DNA from: Lingula anatina
Lineage: Eukaryota; Animalia; Brachiopoda
DNA length: 64,000 bases
Assembly: GCA_051362555.1 (NCBI GenBank)
Contig: CM120640.1
Location: 38,211,967 to 38,275,966 of the forward strand
Direction: 5' to 3'
In this document: in pieces, positions 12,001 through 27,000 of the stretch
How the letters are laid out: the number at the start of each line of letters is the position of its first letter
Position numbering within the stretch: the first letter of the stretch is position 1
Notes under the pieces: generated by a model
Database searches by the model: none
Seen by the model: the letters and a program-made list of their open reading frames with translations, nothing else
What the model was told of the DNA's origin: nothing
Translations under genes and position numbers: made by a program

Positions 12001-15000
12001 TTTTTATGAATGACAGGTGTGGTAGATTGATTTTCGTCACTTTTTGGAAAAATCTGAGACGGGTCGATTTTTGGTGATTTTGAGTGATTTTGATCAGTGC
12101 CGGCACTGTGATATTTCTTCAATTTTGGCCAGGTAGGGATGAAAAATTTTTTTCTTCGTTATAGTGTCAGGTAGGTGTGTTCGGTCATTTGTAGTAAGAA
12201 TAAAGTGCTGGAAGAGTGGTGGTGTCATCATTAAGGAAGAAATAGAGCAAAAACTGTGTCTCCCCCCCCCCCCTCTCAGATTCTGTTCTCAGAGCTCATT
12301 TTTGGATCATCTTTAAAGCTAGAATAGGGGGCCTTGATGAAGTGACCCGGGCGCGTTTCCACATTTTTTATGAATGACAGGTGTGGTAGATTGATTTTCG
12401 TCACTTTTTGGAAAAATCTGAGACGGGTCGATTTTTGGTGATTTTGAGTGATTTTGATCAGTGCTGACACTGTGAGATTTCTTCAATTTTGGACAGGTAG
12501 GGATGAAAAATTTTTTCTTCGTTATAGTGTCAGGTAGGTGTGTTCGGTCATTTGTAGTAAGAATAAAGTGCTGGAAGAGTGGTGGTGTCATCATTAAGGA
12601 AGAAATAGAGCAAAAACTGTGTCTCCCCCCCCCCCCCTCTCAGATTCTGTTCTCAGAGCTCATTTTTGGATCATCTTTAAAGCTAGAATTGGGGGCCTTG
12701 ATGAAGTGACCCGGGCGCGTTTCCACATTTTTTATGAATGACAGGTGTGGTAGATTGATTTTCGTCACTTTTTGGAAAAATCTGAGACGGGTCGATTTTT
12801 GGTGATTTTGAGTGATTTTGATCAGTGCCAGCACTGTGAGATTTCTTTAATTTTGGCCAGGTAGGGATGAAAAATTTTTTTCTTCGTTATAGTGTCAGGT
12901 AGGTGTGTTCGGTCATTTGTAGTAAGAATAAAGTGCTGGAAGAGTGGTGGTGTCATCATTAAGGAAGAAATAGAGCAAAAACTGTGTCTCCCCCCCCCCC
13001 CCCTCTCAGATTCTGTTCTCAGAGCTCATTTTTGGATCATCTTTAAAGCTAGAATTGGGGGCCTTGATGAAGTGACCCGGGCGCGTTTCCACATTTTTTA
13101 TGAATGACAGGTGTGGTAGATTGATTTTCGTCACTTTTTGGAAAAATCTGAGACGGGTCGATTTTTGGTGATTTTGAATGATTTTGATCAGTGCCGGCAC
13201 TGTGAGATTTCTTCAATTTTGGCCAGGTAGGGATGAAAAATTTTTTTCTTCGTTATAGTGTCAGGTAGGTGTGTTCGGTCATTTGTAGTAAGAATAAAGT
13301 GCTGGAAGAGTGGTGGTGTCATCATTAAGGAAGAAATAGAGCAAAAACTGTGTCTCCCCCCCCCCCCCCTCTCAGATTCTGTTCTCAGAGCTCATTTTTG
13401 GATCATCTTTAAAGCTAGAATTGGGGACCTTGATGAAGTGACCCGGGCGCGTTTCCACATTTTTTATGAATGACAGGTGTGGTAGATTGATTTTCGTCAC
13501 TTTTTGGAAAAATCTGAGACGGGTCGATTTTTGGTGATTTTGAGTGATTTTGATCAGTGCCAGCACTGTGATATTTCTTCAATTTTGGCCAGGTAGGGAT
13601 GAAAAATTTTTTTCTTCGTTAGTGTCAGGTAGGTGTGTTCGGTCATTTGTAGTAAGAATAAAGTGCTGGAAGAGTGGTGGTGTCATCATTAAGGAAGAAA
13701 TAGAGCAAAAACTGTGTCTCCCCCCCCCTCTCAGATTCTGTTCTCAGAGCTCATTTTTGGATCATCTTTAAAGCTAGAATAGGGGGCCTTGATGAAGTGA
13801 CCCGAGTGCGTTTCCACATTTTTTATGAATGACAGGTGTGGTAGATTGATTTTCGTCACTTTTTGGAAAAATCTGAGACGGGTCAATTTTTGGTGATTTT
13901 GAGTGATTTTGATCAGTGCCGGCACTGTGAGATTTCTTCAATTTTGGACAGGTAGGGATGAAAAATTTTTTTCTTCGTTATAGTGTCAGGTAGGTGTGTT
14001 CGGTCATTTGTAGTAAGAATAAAGTGCTGGAAGAGTGGTGGTGTCATCATTAAGGAAGAAATAGAGCAAAAACTGTGTCTCCCCCCCCCCCCTCTCAGAT
14101 TCTGTTCTCAGAGCTCATTTTTGGATCATCTTTAAAGCTAGAATTGGGGGCCTTGATGAAGTGACCCGGGCGCGTTTCCACATTTTTTATGAATGACAGG
14201 TGTGGTAGATTGATTTTCGTCACTTTTTGGAAAAATCTGAGACGGGTCGATTTTTGGTGATTTTGAGTGATTTTGATCAGTGCTGGCACTGTGAGATTTC
14301 TTCAATTTTGGCCAGGTTGGGATGAAAAATTTTTTTCTTCGTTATAGTGTCAGGTAGGTGTGTTCGGTCATTTGTAGTAAGAATAAAGTGCTGGAAGAGT
14401 GGTGGTGTCATCATTAAGGAAGAAATAGAGCAAAAACTGTGACTCCCCCCCCCCCTCTCAGATTCTGTTCTCAGAGCTCATTTTTGGATCATCTTTAAAG
14501 CTAGAATAGGGGGCCTTGATGAAGTGACCCGGGCGCGTTTCCACATTTTTTATGAATGACAGGTGTGGTAGATTGATTTTCGTCACTTTTTGGAAAAATC
14601 TGAGACGGGTCGATTTTTGGTGATTTTGAGTGATTTTGATCAGTGCCGGCACTGTGAGATTTCTTCAATTTTGGCCAGGTAGGGATGAAAAATTTTTTTC
14701 TTCGTTATAGTGTCAGGTAGGTGTGTTCGGTCATTTGTAGTAAGAATAAAGTGCTGGAAGAGTGGTGGTGTCATCATTAAGGAAGAAATAGAGCAAAAAC
14801 TGTGTCTCCCCCCCCCCCCTCTCAGATTCTGTTCTCAGAGCTCATTTTTGGATCATCTTTAAAGCTAGAATTGGGGGCCTTGATGAAGTGACCCGGGCGC
14901 GTTTCCACATTTTTTATGAATGACAGGTGTGGTAGATTGATTTTCGTCACTTTTTGGAAAAATCTGAGACGGGTCAATTTTTGGTGATTTTGAGTGATTT

Positions 15001-18000
15001 TGATCAGTGCTGGCACTGTGAGATTTCTTCAATTTTGGCGAGGTAGGGATGAAAAATTTTTTTCTTCGTTATAGTGTCAGGTAGGTGTGTTCGGTCATTT
15101 GTAGTAAGAATAAAGTGCTGGAAGAGTGGTGGTGTCATCATTAAGGAAGAAATAGAGCAAAAACTGTGTCTCCCCCCCCCTCTCAGATTCTGTTCTCAGA
15201 GCTCATTTTTGGATCATCTTTAAAGCTAGAATTGGGGGCCTTGATGAAGTGACCCGGGCGCGTTTCCACATTTTTTATGAATGACAGGTGTGGTAGATTG
15301 ATTTTCGTCACTTTTTGGAAAAATCTGAGACGGGTCGATTTTTGGTGATTTTGAGTGATTTTGATCAGTGCCGGCACTGTGAGATTTCTTCAATTTTGGC
15401 CAGGTAGGGATGAAAAATTTTTTTCTTCGTTATAGTGTCAGGTAGGTGTGTTCGGTCATTTGTAGTAAGAATAAAGTGCTGGAAGAGTGGTGGTGTCATC
15501 ATTAAGGAAGAAATAGAGCAAAAACTGTGTCTCCCCCCCCCCCCCTCTCAGATTCTGTTCTCAGAGCTCATTTTTGGATCATCTTTAAAGCTAGAATTGG
15601 GGGCCTTGATGAAGTGACCCGGGCGAGTTTCCACATTTTTTATGAATGACAGGTGTGGTAGATTGATTTTCGTCACTTTTTGGAAAAATCTGAGACGGGT
15701 CGATTTTTGGTGATTTTGAGTGATTTTGATCAGTGCCGGCACTGTGAGATTTCTTCAATTTTGGCCAGGTAGGGATGAAAAATTTTTTTCTTCGTTATAG
15801 TGTCAGGTAGGTGTGTTCGGTCATTTGTAGTAAGAATAAAGTGCTGGAAGAGTGGTGGTGTCATCATTAAGGAAGAAATAGAGCAAAAACTGTGTCTCCC
15901 CCCCCCTCTCAGATTCTGTTCTCAGAGCTCATTTTTGGATCATCTTTAAAGCTAGAATTGGGGGCCTTGATGAAGTGACCCGGGCGCGTTTCCACATTTT
16001 TTATGAATGACAGGTGTGGTAGATTGATTTTCATCACTTTTTGGAAAAATCTGAGACGGGTCGATTTTTGGTGATTTTGAGTGATTTTGATCAGTGCACT
16101 GTGAGATTTCTTCAATTTTGGCCAGGTAGGGATGAAAAATTTTTTTCTTCGTTATAGTGTCAGGTAGGTGTGTTCGGTCATTTGTAGTAAGAATAAAGTG
16201 CTGGAAGAGTGGTGGTGTCATCATTAAGGAAGAAATAGAGCAAAAACTGTGTCTCCCCCCCCCCCTCTCAGATTCTGTTCTCAGAGCTCATTTTTGGATC
16301 ATCTTTAAAGCTAGAATTGGGGGCCTTGATGAAGTGACCCGGGCGCGTTTCCACATTTTTTATGAATGACAGGTGTGGTAGATTGATTTTCGTCACTTTT
16401 TGGAAAAATCTGAGACGGGTCGATTTTTGGTGATTTTGAGTGATTTTGATCAGTGCCGGCACTGTGAGATTTCTTCAATTTTGGCCAGGTAGGGATGAAA
16501 AATTTTTTTCTTCGTTATAGTGTCAGGTAGGTGTGTTCGGTCATTTGTAGTAAGAATAAAGTGCTGGAAGAGTGGTGGTGTCATCATTAAGGAAGAAATA
16601 GAGCAAAAACTGTGTCTCCCCCCCCCCCCCCTCTCAGATTCTGTTCTCAGAGCTCATTTTTGGATCATCTTTAAAGCTAGAATTGGGGGCCTTGATGAAG
16701 TGACCCGGGCGCGTTTCCACATTTTTTATGAATGACAGGTGTGGTAGATTGATTTTCGTCACTTTTTGGAAAAATCTGAGACGGGTCAATTTTTTGTGAT
16801 TTTGAGTGATTTTGATCAGTGCCGGCACTGTGAGATTTCTTCAATTTTGGCCAGGTAGGGATGAAAAATTTTTTTCTTCGTTATAGTGTCAGGTAGGTGT
16901 GTTCGGTCATTTGTAGTAAGAATAAAGTGCTGGAAGAGTGGTGGTGTCATCATTAAGGAAGAAATAGAGCAAAAACTGTGTCTCCCCCCCCCCTCTCAGA
17001 TTCTGTTCTCAGAGCTCATTTTTGGATCATCTTTAAAGCTAGAATTGGGGGCCTTGATGAAGTGACCCGGGCGCGTTTCCACATTTTTTATGAATGACAG
17101 GTGTGGTAGATTGATTTTCGTCACTTTTTGGAAAAATCTGAGACGGGTCGATTTTTGGTGATTTTGAGTGATTTTGATCAGTGCCGGCACTGTGAGATTT
17201 CTTCAATTTTGGCCAGGTAGGGATGAAAAATTTTTTTCTTCGTTATAGTGTCAGGTAGGTGTGTTCGGTCATTTGTAGTAAGAATAAAGTGCTGGAAGAG
17301 TGGTGGTGTCATCATTAAGGAAGAAATAGAGCAAAAACTGTGTCTCCCCCCCCCCCCTCTCAGATTCTGTTCTCAGAGCTCATTTTTGGATCATCTTTAA
17401 AGCTAGAATTGGGGGCCTTGATGAAGTGACCCGGGCGCGTTTCCACATTTTTTATGAATGACAGGTGTGGTAGATTGATTTTCGTCACTTTTTGGAAAAA
17501 TCTGAGACGGGTCGATTTTTGGTGATTTTGAGTGATTTTGATCAGTGCCGGCACTGTGAGATTTCTTCAATTTTGGCCAGGTAGGGATGAAAAATTTTTT
17601 TCTTCGTTATAGTGTCAGGTAGGTGTGTTCGGTCATTTGTAGTAAGAATAAAGTGCTGGAAGAGTGGTGGTGTCATCATTAAGGAAGAAATAGAGCAAAA
17701 ACTGTGTCTCCCGCCCCCCCTCTCAGGTTCTGTTCTCAGAGCTCATTTTTGGATCATCTTTAAAGCTAGAATTGGGGGCCTTGATGAAGTGACCCGGGCG
17801 CGTTTCCACATTTTTTATGAATGACAGGTGTGGTAGATTGATTTTCGTCACTTTTTGGAAAAATCTGAGACGGGTCGATTTTTGGTGATTTTGAGTGATT
17901 TTGATCAGTGCCGGCACTGTGAGATTTCTTCAATTTTGGCCAGGTAGTGATGAAAAATTTTTTTCTTCGTTATAGTGTCAGGTAGGTGTGTTCGGTCATT

Positions 18001-21000
18001 TGTAGTAAGAATAAAGTGCTGGAAGAGTGGTGGTGTCATCATTAAGGAAGAAATAGAGCAAAAACTGTGTCTCCCCCCCCCCTCTCAGATGCTGTTCTCA
18101 GAGCTCATTTTTGGATCATCTTTAAAGCTAGAATTGGGGGCCTTGATGAAGTGACCCGGGCGCGTTTCCACATTTTTTATGAATGACAGGTGTGGTAGAT
18201 TGATTTTTGTCACTTTTTGGAAAAATCTGAGACGGGTCGATTTTTGGTGATTTTGAGTGATTTTGATCAGTGCCGGCACTGTGAGATTTCTTCAATTTTG
18301 GCCAGGTAGGGATGAAAAATTTTTTTCTTCGTTATAGTGTCAGGTAGGTGTGTTCGGTCATTTGTAGTAAGAATAAAGTGCTGGAAGAGTGGTGGTGTCA
18401 TCATTAAGGAAGAAATAGAGCAAAAACTGTGTCTCCCCCCCCTCTCAGATTCTGTTCTCAGAGCTCATTTTTGGATCATCTTTAAAGCTAGAATTGGGGG
18501 CCTTGATGAAGTGACCCGGGCGCGTTTCCACATTTTTTATGAATGACAGGTGTGGTAGATTGATTTTCGTCACTTTTTGGAAAAATCTGAGACGGGTCGA
18601 TTTTTTGTGATTTTGAGTGATTTTGATCAGTGCCGGCACTGTGAGATTTCTTCAATTTTGGCCAGGTAGGGATGAAAAATTTTTTTCTTCGTTATAGTGT
18701 CAGGTAGGTGTGTTCGGTCATTTGTAGTAAGAATAAAGTGCTGGAAGAGTGGTGGTGTCATCATTAAGGAAGAAATAGAGCAAAAACTGTGTCTCCCCCC
18801 CCCCCTCTCAGATTCTGTTCTCAGAGCTCATTTTTGGATCATCTTTAAAGCTAGAATTGGGGGCCTTGATGAAGTGACCCGGGCGCGTTTCCACATTTTT
18901 TATGAATGACAGGTGTGGTAGATTGATTTTCGTCACTTTTTGGAAAAATCTGAGACGGGTCGATTTTTGGTGATTTTGAGTGATTTTGATCAGTGCCGGC
19001 ACTGTGAGATTTCTTCAATTTTGGCCAGGTAGGGATGAAAAATTTTTTTCTTCGTTATAGTGTCAGGTAGGTGTGTTCGGTCATTTGTAGTAAGAATAAA
19101 GTGCTGGAAGAGTGGTGGTGTCATCATTAAGGAAGAAATAGAGCAAAAACTGTGTCTCCTCCCCCCCCTCTCAGATTCTGTTCTCAGAGCTCATTTTTGG
19201 ATCATCTTTAAAGCTAGAATTGGGGGCCTTGATGAAGTGACCCGGGCGCGTTTCCACATTTTTTATGAATGACAGGTGTGGTAGATTGATTTTCGTCACT
19301 TTTTGGAAAAATCTGAGACGGGTCGATTTTTGGTGATTTTGAGTGATTTTGATCAGTGCCGGCACTGTGAGATTTCTTCAATTTTGGCCAGGTAGGGATG
19401 AAAAATTTTTTTCTTCGTTATAGTGTCAGGTAGGTGTGTTCGGTCATTTGTAGTAAGAATAAAGTGCTGGAAGAGTGGTGGTGTCATAATTAATGAAGAA
19501 ATAGAGCAAAAACTGTGTCTCCCCCCCCCCCCCCCCTCTCAGATTCTGTTCTCAGAGCTCATTTTTGGATCATCTTTAAAGCTAGAATTGGGGGCCTTGA
19601 TGAAGTGACCCGGGCGCGTTTCCACATTTTTTATGAATGACAGGTGTGGTAGATTGATTTTTGTCACTTTTTGGAAAAATCTGAGACGGGTCGATTTTTG
19701 GTGATTTTGAGTGATTTTGATCAGTGCCGGCACTGTGAGATTTCTTCAATTTTGGCCAGGTAGGGATGAAAAATTTTTTTCTTCGTTATAGTGTCAGGTA
19801 GGTGTGTTCAGTCATTTGTAGTAAGAATAAAGTGCTGGAAGAGTGGTGATGTCATCATTAAGGAAGAAATAGAGCAAAAACTGTGTCTCCCCCCCCCCCT
19901 CTCAGATTCTGTTCTCTGAGCTCATTTTTGGATCATCTTTAAAGCTAGAATTGGGGGCCTTGATGAAGTGACCCGGGCGCGTTTCCACATTTTTTATGAA
20001 TGACAGGTGTGGTAGATTGATTTTCGTCACTTTTTGGAAAATCTGAGACTGGTCGATTTTTGGTGATTTTGAGTGATTTTGATCAGTGCCGGCACTGTGA
20101 GATTTCTTCAATTTTGGCCAGGTAGGGATGAAAAATTTTTTTCTTCGTTATAGTGTCAGGTAGGTGTGTTCGGTCATTTGTAGTAAGAATAAAGTGCTGG
20201 AAGAGTGGTGGTGTCATAATTAATGAAGAAATAGAGCAAAAACTGTGTCTCCCCCCCCCCCCTCTCAGATTCTGTTCTCAGAGCTCATTTTTGGATCATC
20301 TTTAAAGCTAGAATTGGGGGCCTTGATGAAGTGACCCGGGCGCGTTTCCACATTTTTTATGAATGACAGGTGTGGTAGATTGATTTTCGTCACTTTTTGG
20401 AAAAATCTGAGACGGGTCGATTTTTGGTGATTTTGAGTGATTTTGATCAGTGCCGGCACTGTGAGATTTCTTCAATTTTGGCCAGGTAGGGATGAAAAAT
20501 TTTTTTCTTCATTATAGTGTCAGGTAGGTGTGTTCGGTCATTTGTAGTAAGAATAAAGTGCTGGAAGAGTGGTGGTGTCATCATTAAGGAAGAAATAGAG
20601 CAAAAACTGTGTCTCCCCCCCCCTCTCAGATTCTGTTCTCAGAGCTCATTTTTGGATCATCTTTAAAGCTAGAATTGGGGGCCTTGATGAAGTGACCCGG
20701 GCGCGTTTCCACATTTTTTATGAATGACAGGTGTGGTAGATTGATTTTCGTCACTTTTTGGAAAAATCTGAGACGGGTCGATTTTTGGTGATTTTGAGTG
20801 ATTTTGATCAGTGCCGGCACTGTGAGATTTCTTCAATTTTGGCCAGGTAGGGATGAAAAATTTTTTTCTTCGTTATAGTGTCAGGTAGGTGTGTTCGGTC
20901 ATTTGTAGTAAGAATAAAGTGCTGGAAGAGTGGTGGTGTCATCATTAAGGAAGAAATAGAGCAAAAACTGTGTCTCCCCCCCCCCCCTCTCAGATTCTGT

Positions 21001-24000
21001 TCTCAGAGCTCATTTTTGGATCATCTTTAAAGCTAGAATTGGGGGCCTTGATGAAGTGACCCGGGCGCGTTTCCACATTTTTTATGAATGACAGGTGTGG
21101 TAGATTGATTTTCGTCACTTTTTGGAAAAATCTGAGACGGGTCGATTTTTGGTGATTTTGAGTGATTTTGATCAGTGCCGGCACTGTGAGATTTCTTCAA
21201 TTTTGGCCAGGTAGGGATGAAAAATTTTTTTCTTCGTTATAGTGTCAGGTAGGTGTGTTCGGTCATTTGTAGTAAGAATAAAGTGCTGGAAGAGTGGTGG
21301 TGTCATCATTAAGGAAGAAATAGAGCAAAAACTGTGTCTCCCCCCCCCTCTCAGATTCTGTTCTCAGAGCTCATTTTTGGATCATCTTTAAAGCTAGAAT
21401 TGGGGGCCTTGATGAAGTGACCCGGGCGCGTTTCCACATTTTTTATGAAAGACAGGTGTGGTAGATTGATTTTCGTCACTTTTTGGAAAAATCTGAGACG
21501 GGTCGATTTTTGGTGATTTTGAGTGATTTTGATCAGTGCCGGCACTGTGAGATTTCTTCAATTTTGGCCAGGTAGGGATGAAAAATTTTTTTCTTCGTTA
21601 TAGTGTCAGGTAGGTGTGTTCGGTCATTTGTAGTAAGAATAAAGTGCTGGAAGAGTGGTGGTGTCATCATTAAGGAAGAAATAGAGCAAAAACTGTGTCT
21701 CCCCCCCCCCCCCTCTCAGATTCTTTTCTCAGAGCTCATTTTTGGATCATCTTTAAAGCTAGAATTGGGGGCCTTGATGAAGTGACCCGGGTGCGTTTCC
21801 ACATTTTTTATGAATGACAGGTGTGGTAGATTGATTTTCGTCACTTTTTGGAAAAATCTGAGACGGGTCGATTTTTGGTGATTTTGAGTGATTTTGATCA
21901 GTGCCGGCACTGTGAGATTTCTTCAATTTTGGCCAGGTAGGGATGAAAAATTTTTTTCTTCGTTATAGTGTCAGGTAGGTGTGTTCAGTCATTTGTAGTA
22001 AGAATAAAGTGCTGGAAGAGTGGTGATGTCATCATTAAGGAAGAAATAGAGCAAAAACTGTGTCTCCCCCCCCCCCCCTCTCAGATTCTGTTCTCAGAGC
22101 TCATTTTTGGATCATCTTTAAAGCTAGAATTGGGGGCCTTGATGAAGTGACCCGGGCGCGTTTCCACATTTTTTATGAATGACAGGTGTGGTAGATTGAT
22201 TTTCGTCACTTTTTGGAAAAATCTGAGACGGGTCGATTTTTTGTGATTTTGAGTGATTTTGATCAGTGCCGGCACTGTGAGATTTCTTCAATTTTGGCCA
22301 GGTAGGGATGAAAAATTTTTTTCTTCGTTATAGTGTCAGGTAGGTGTGTTCGGTCATTTGTAGTAAGAATAAAGTGCTGGAAGAGTGGTGGTGTCATCAT
22401 TAAGGAAGAAATAGAGCAAAAACTGTGTCTCCCCCCCCCCCCTCTCAGATTCTGTTCTCAGAGCTCATTTTTGGATCTTCTTTAAAGCTAGAATTGGGGG
22501 CCTTGATGAAGTGACCCGGGCGCGTTTCCACATTTTTTATGAATGACAGGTGTGGTAGATTGATTTTCGTCACTTTTTGGAAAAATCTGAGACGGGTTGA
22601 TTTTTGGTGATTTTGAGTGATTTTGATCAATGCCGGCACTGTGAGATTTTTTCAATTTTGGCCATTTAGGGATGAAAAATTTTTTTCTTCGTTATAGTGT
22701 CAGGTAGGTGTGTTCGGTCATTTGTAGTAAGAATAAAGTGCTGGAAGAGTGGTGGTGTCATCATTAAGGAAGAAATAGAGCAAAAACTGTGTCTCCCCCC
22801 CCCCTCTCAGATTCTGTTCTCAGAGCTCATTTTTGGATCATCTTTAAAGCTAGAATTGGGGGCCTTGATGAAGTGACCCGGGCACGTTTCCACATTTTTT
22901 ATGAATGACAGGTGTGGTAGATTGATTTTCGTCACTTTTTAGAAAAATCTGAGACGGGTAGATTTTTGGTGATTTTGAGTGATTTTGATCAGTGCCGGCA
23001 CTGTGAGATTTCTTCAATTTTGGCCAGGTAGGGATTAAAAATTTTTTTTCTTCGTTATAGTGTCAGGTAGGTGTGTTCGGTCATTTGTAGTAAGAATAAA
23101 GTGCTGGAAGAGTGGTGGTGTCAACATTAAGGAAGAAATAGAGCAAAAACTGTGTCTCCCCCCCCCCCTCTCAGATTCTGTTCTCAGAGCTCATTTTTGG
23201 ATCATCTTTAAAGCTAGAATTGGGGGCCTTGATGAAGTGACCCGGGCGCGTTTCCACATTTTTTATGAATGACAGGTGTGGTAGATTGATTTTCGTCACT
23301 TTTTGGAAAAATCTGAGACGGGTCGATTTTTGGTGATTTTGAGTGATTTTGATCAGTGCCGGCACTGTGAGATTTCTTCAATTTTGGCCAGGTAGGGATG
23401 AAAAATTTTTTTCTTCATTATAGTGTCAGGTAGGTGTGTTCGGTCATTTGTAGTAAGAATAAAGTGCTGGAAGAGTGGTGGTGTCAACATTAAGGAAGAA
23501 ATAGAGCAAAAACTGTATCTCCCCCCCCCCCCCCTCAGATTCTGTTCTCAGAGCTTATTTTTGGATCATCTTTAAAGCTAGAATTGAGGGCCTTGATGAA
23601 GTGACCCGGTCGCGTTTCCACATTTTTTATGAATGACAGGTGTGGTAGATTGATTTTTTGCACTTTTTGAAAAAATCGGAGACCGGTCGATTTTTGGTGA
23701 TTTTGAGTGATTTTGATCAGTGCCGGCACTGTGAGATTTCTTCAATTTTGGCCAGGTAGGGATGAAAATTTTTTTCTTCATTATAGTGTCAGGTAGGTGT
23801 GTTTGGTCATTTGTAGTAAGAATAAAGTGCTGGAAGAGTGGTGGTGTCAACATTAAGGAAGACATAGAGCAAAAACTGTGTTTCCCCCCCCCCCTCAGAT
23901 TCTGTTCTCAGAGCTCATTTTTGGATCATCTTTAAAGCTAGAATTGGGGTCCTTGATGAAGTGACCCGGGCGCGTTTCCACATTTTTTATGAATGACAGG

Positions 24001-27000
24001 TGTGGTAGATTGATTTTCGTCACTTTTTGGAAAAATCTGAGACGGGTCGATTTTTGGTGATTTTGAGTGATTTTGATCAGTGCCGGCACTGTGAGATTTC
24101 TTCAATTTTGGCCAGGTAGGGATGAAAAATTTTTTTCTTCGTTATAGTGTCAGGTAGGTGTGTTCGGTCATTTGTAGTAAGAATAAAGTGCTGGAAGAGT
24201 GGTGGTGTCATCATTAAGGAAGAAATAGAGCAAAAACTGTGTCTCCCCCCCCCCCTCTCAGATTCTGTTCTCAGAGCTCATTTTTGGATCATCTTTAAAG
24301 CTAGAATTGGGGGCCTTGATGAAGTGACCCGGGCGCGTTTCCACATTTTTTATGAATGACAGGTGTGGTAGATTGATTTTCGTTACTTTTTGGAAAAATC
24401 TGAGACGGGTCGATTTTTGGTGATTTTGAGTGATTTTGATCAGTGCCGGCACTGTGAGATTTCTTCAATTTTGGCCAGGTAGGGATGAAAAATTTTTTTC
24501 TTCGTTATAGTGTCAGGTAGGTGTGTTCGGTCATTTGTAGTAAGAATAAAGGGCTGGAAGAGTGGTGGTGTCATCATTAAGGAAGAAATAGAGCAAAAAC
24601 TGTGTCTCCCCCCCCCCCCCTCAGATTCTGTTCTCAGAGCTCATTTTTGGATCATCTTTAAAGCTAGAATTGGGGGCCTTGATGAAGTGACCCGGGCGCG
24701 TTTCCACATTTTTTATGAATGACAGGTGTGGTAGATTGATTTTCGTCACTTTTTGGAAAAATCTGAGACGGGTCGATTTTTGGTGATTTTGAGTGATTTT
24801 GATTAGTGCCGGCACTGTGAGATTTCTTCAATTTTGGCCAGGTAGGGATGAAAAATTTTTTTCTTCGTTATAGTGTCAGGTAGGTGTGTTCGGTCATTTG
24901 TAGTAAGAATAAAGTGCTGGAAGAGTGGTGGTGTCATCATTAAGGAAGAAATAGAGCAAAAACCGTGTCTCCCCCCCCCCTCTCAGATTCTGTTCTCAGA
25001 GCTCATTTTTGGATCATCTTTAAAGCTAGAATTGGGGGCCTTGATGAAGTGACCCGGGCGCGTTTCCACATTTTTTATGAATGACAGGTGTGGTAGATTG
25101 ATTTTCGTCACTTTTTGGAAAAATCTGAGACGGGTCGATTTTTGGTGATTTTGAGTGATTTTGATCAGTGCCGGCACTGTGAGATTTCTTCAATTTTGGC
25201 CAGGTAGGGATGAAAAATTTTTTTCTTCGTTATAGTGTCAGGTAGGTGTGTTCGGTCATTTGTAGTAAGAATAAAGTGCTGGAAGAGTGGTGGTGTCATC
25301 ATTAAGGAAGAAATAGAGCAAAAACTGTCTCCCCCCCCCTCTCAGATTCTGTTCTCAGAGCTCATTTTTGGATCATCTTTAAAGCTAGAATTGGGGGCCT
25401 TGATGAAGTGACCCGGGCGCGTTTCCACATTTTTTATGAATGACAGGTGTGGTAGATTGATTTTCGTCACTTTTTGGAAAAATCTGAGACGGGTCGATTT
25501 TTGGTGATTTTGAGTGATTTTGATCAGTGCCGGCACTGTGAGATTTCTTCAATTTTGGCCAGGTAGGGATGAAAAATTTTTTTCTTCGTTATAGTGTCAG
25601 GTAGGTGTGTTCGGTCATTTGTAGTAAGAATAAAGTGCTGGAAGAGTGGTGGTGTCATCATTAAGGAAGAAATAGAGCAAAAACTGTGTCTCCCCCCCCC
25701 TCTCAGATTCTGTTCTCAGAGCTCATTTTTGGATCATCTTTAAAGCTAGAATTGGGGGCCTTGATGAAGTGACCCGGGCGCGTTTCCACATTTTTTATGA
25801 ATGACAGGTGTGGTAGATTGATTTTCGTCACTTTTTGGAAAAATCTGAGACGGGTCGATTTTTGGTGATTTTGAGTGATTTTGATCAATGCCGGCACTGT
25901 GAGATTTCTTCAATTTTGGCCATTTAGGGATGAAAAATTTTTTTCTTCGTTATAGTGTCAGGTAGGTGTGTTCGGTCATTTGTAGTAAGAATAAAGTGCT
26001 GGAAGAGTGGTGGTGTCATCATTAAGGAAGAAATAGAGCAAAAACTGTGTCTCCCCCCCCCCTCTCAGATTCTGTTCTCAGAGCTCATTTTTGGATCATC
26101 TTTAAAGCTAGAATTGGGGGCCTTGATGAAGTGACCCGGGCACGTTTCCACATTTTTTATGAATGACAGGTGTGGTAGATTGATTTTCGTCACTTTTTAG
26201 AAAAATTTGAGACGGGTAGATTTTTGGTGATTTTGAGTGATTTTGATCAGTGCCGGCACTGTGAGATTTCTTCAATTTTGGCCAGGTAGGGATTAAAAAT
26301 TTTTTTTCTTCGTTATAGTGTCAGGTAGGTGTGTTCGGTCATTTGTAGTAAGAATAAAGTGCTGGAAGAGTGGTGGTGTCAACATTAAGGAAGAAATAGA
26401 GCAAAAACTGTGTCTCCCCCCCCCCCCTCTCAGATTCTGTTCTCAGAGCTCATTTTTGGATCATCTTTAAAGCTAGAATTGGGGGCCTTGATGAAGTGAC
26501 CCGGGCGCGTTTCCACATTTTTTATGAATGACAGGTGTGGTAGATTGATTTTCGTCACTTTTTGGAAAAATCTGAGACGGGTCGATTTTTGGTGATTTTG
26601 AGTGATTTTGATCAGTGCCGGCACTGTGAGATTTCTTCAATTTTGGCCAGGTAGGGATGAAAAATTTTTTTCTTCATTATAGTGTCAGGTAGGTGTGTTC
26701 GGTCATTTGTAGTAAGAATAAAGTGCTGGAAGAGTGGTGGTGTCAACATTAAGGAAGAAATAGAGCAAAAACTGTATCTCCCCCCCCCCTCAGATTCTGT
26801 TCTCAGAGCTTATTTTTGGATCATCTTTAAAGCTAGAATTGAGGGCCTTGATGAAGTGACCCGGTCGCGTTTCCACATTTTTTATGAATGACAGGTGTGG
26901 TTGATTGATTTTTTGCACTTTTTGAAAAAATCGGAGACCGGTCGATTTTTGGTGATTTTGAGTGATTTTGATCAGTGCCGGCACTGTGAGATTTCTTCAA

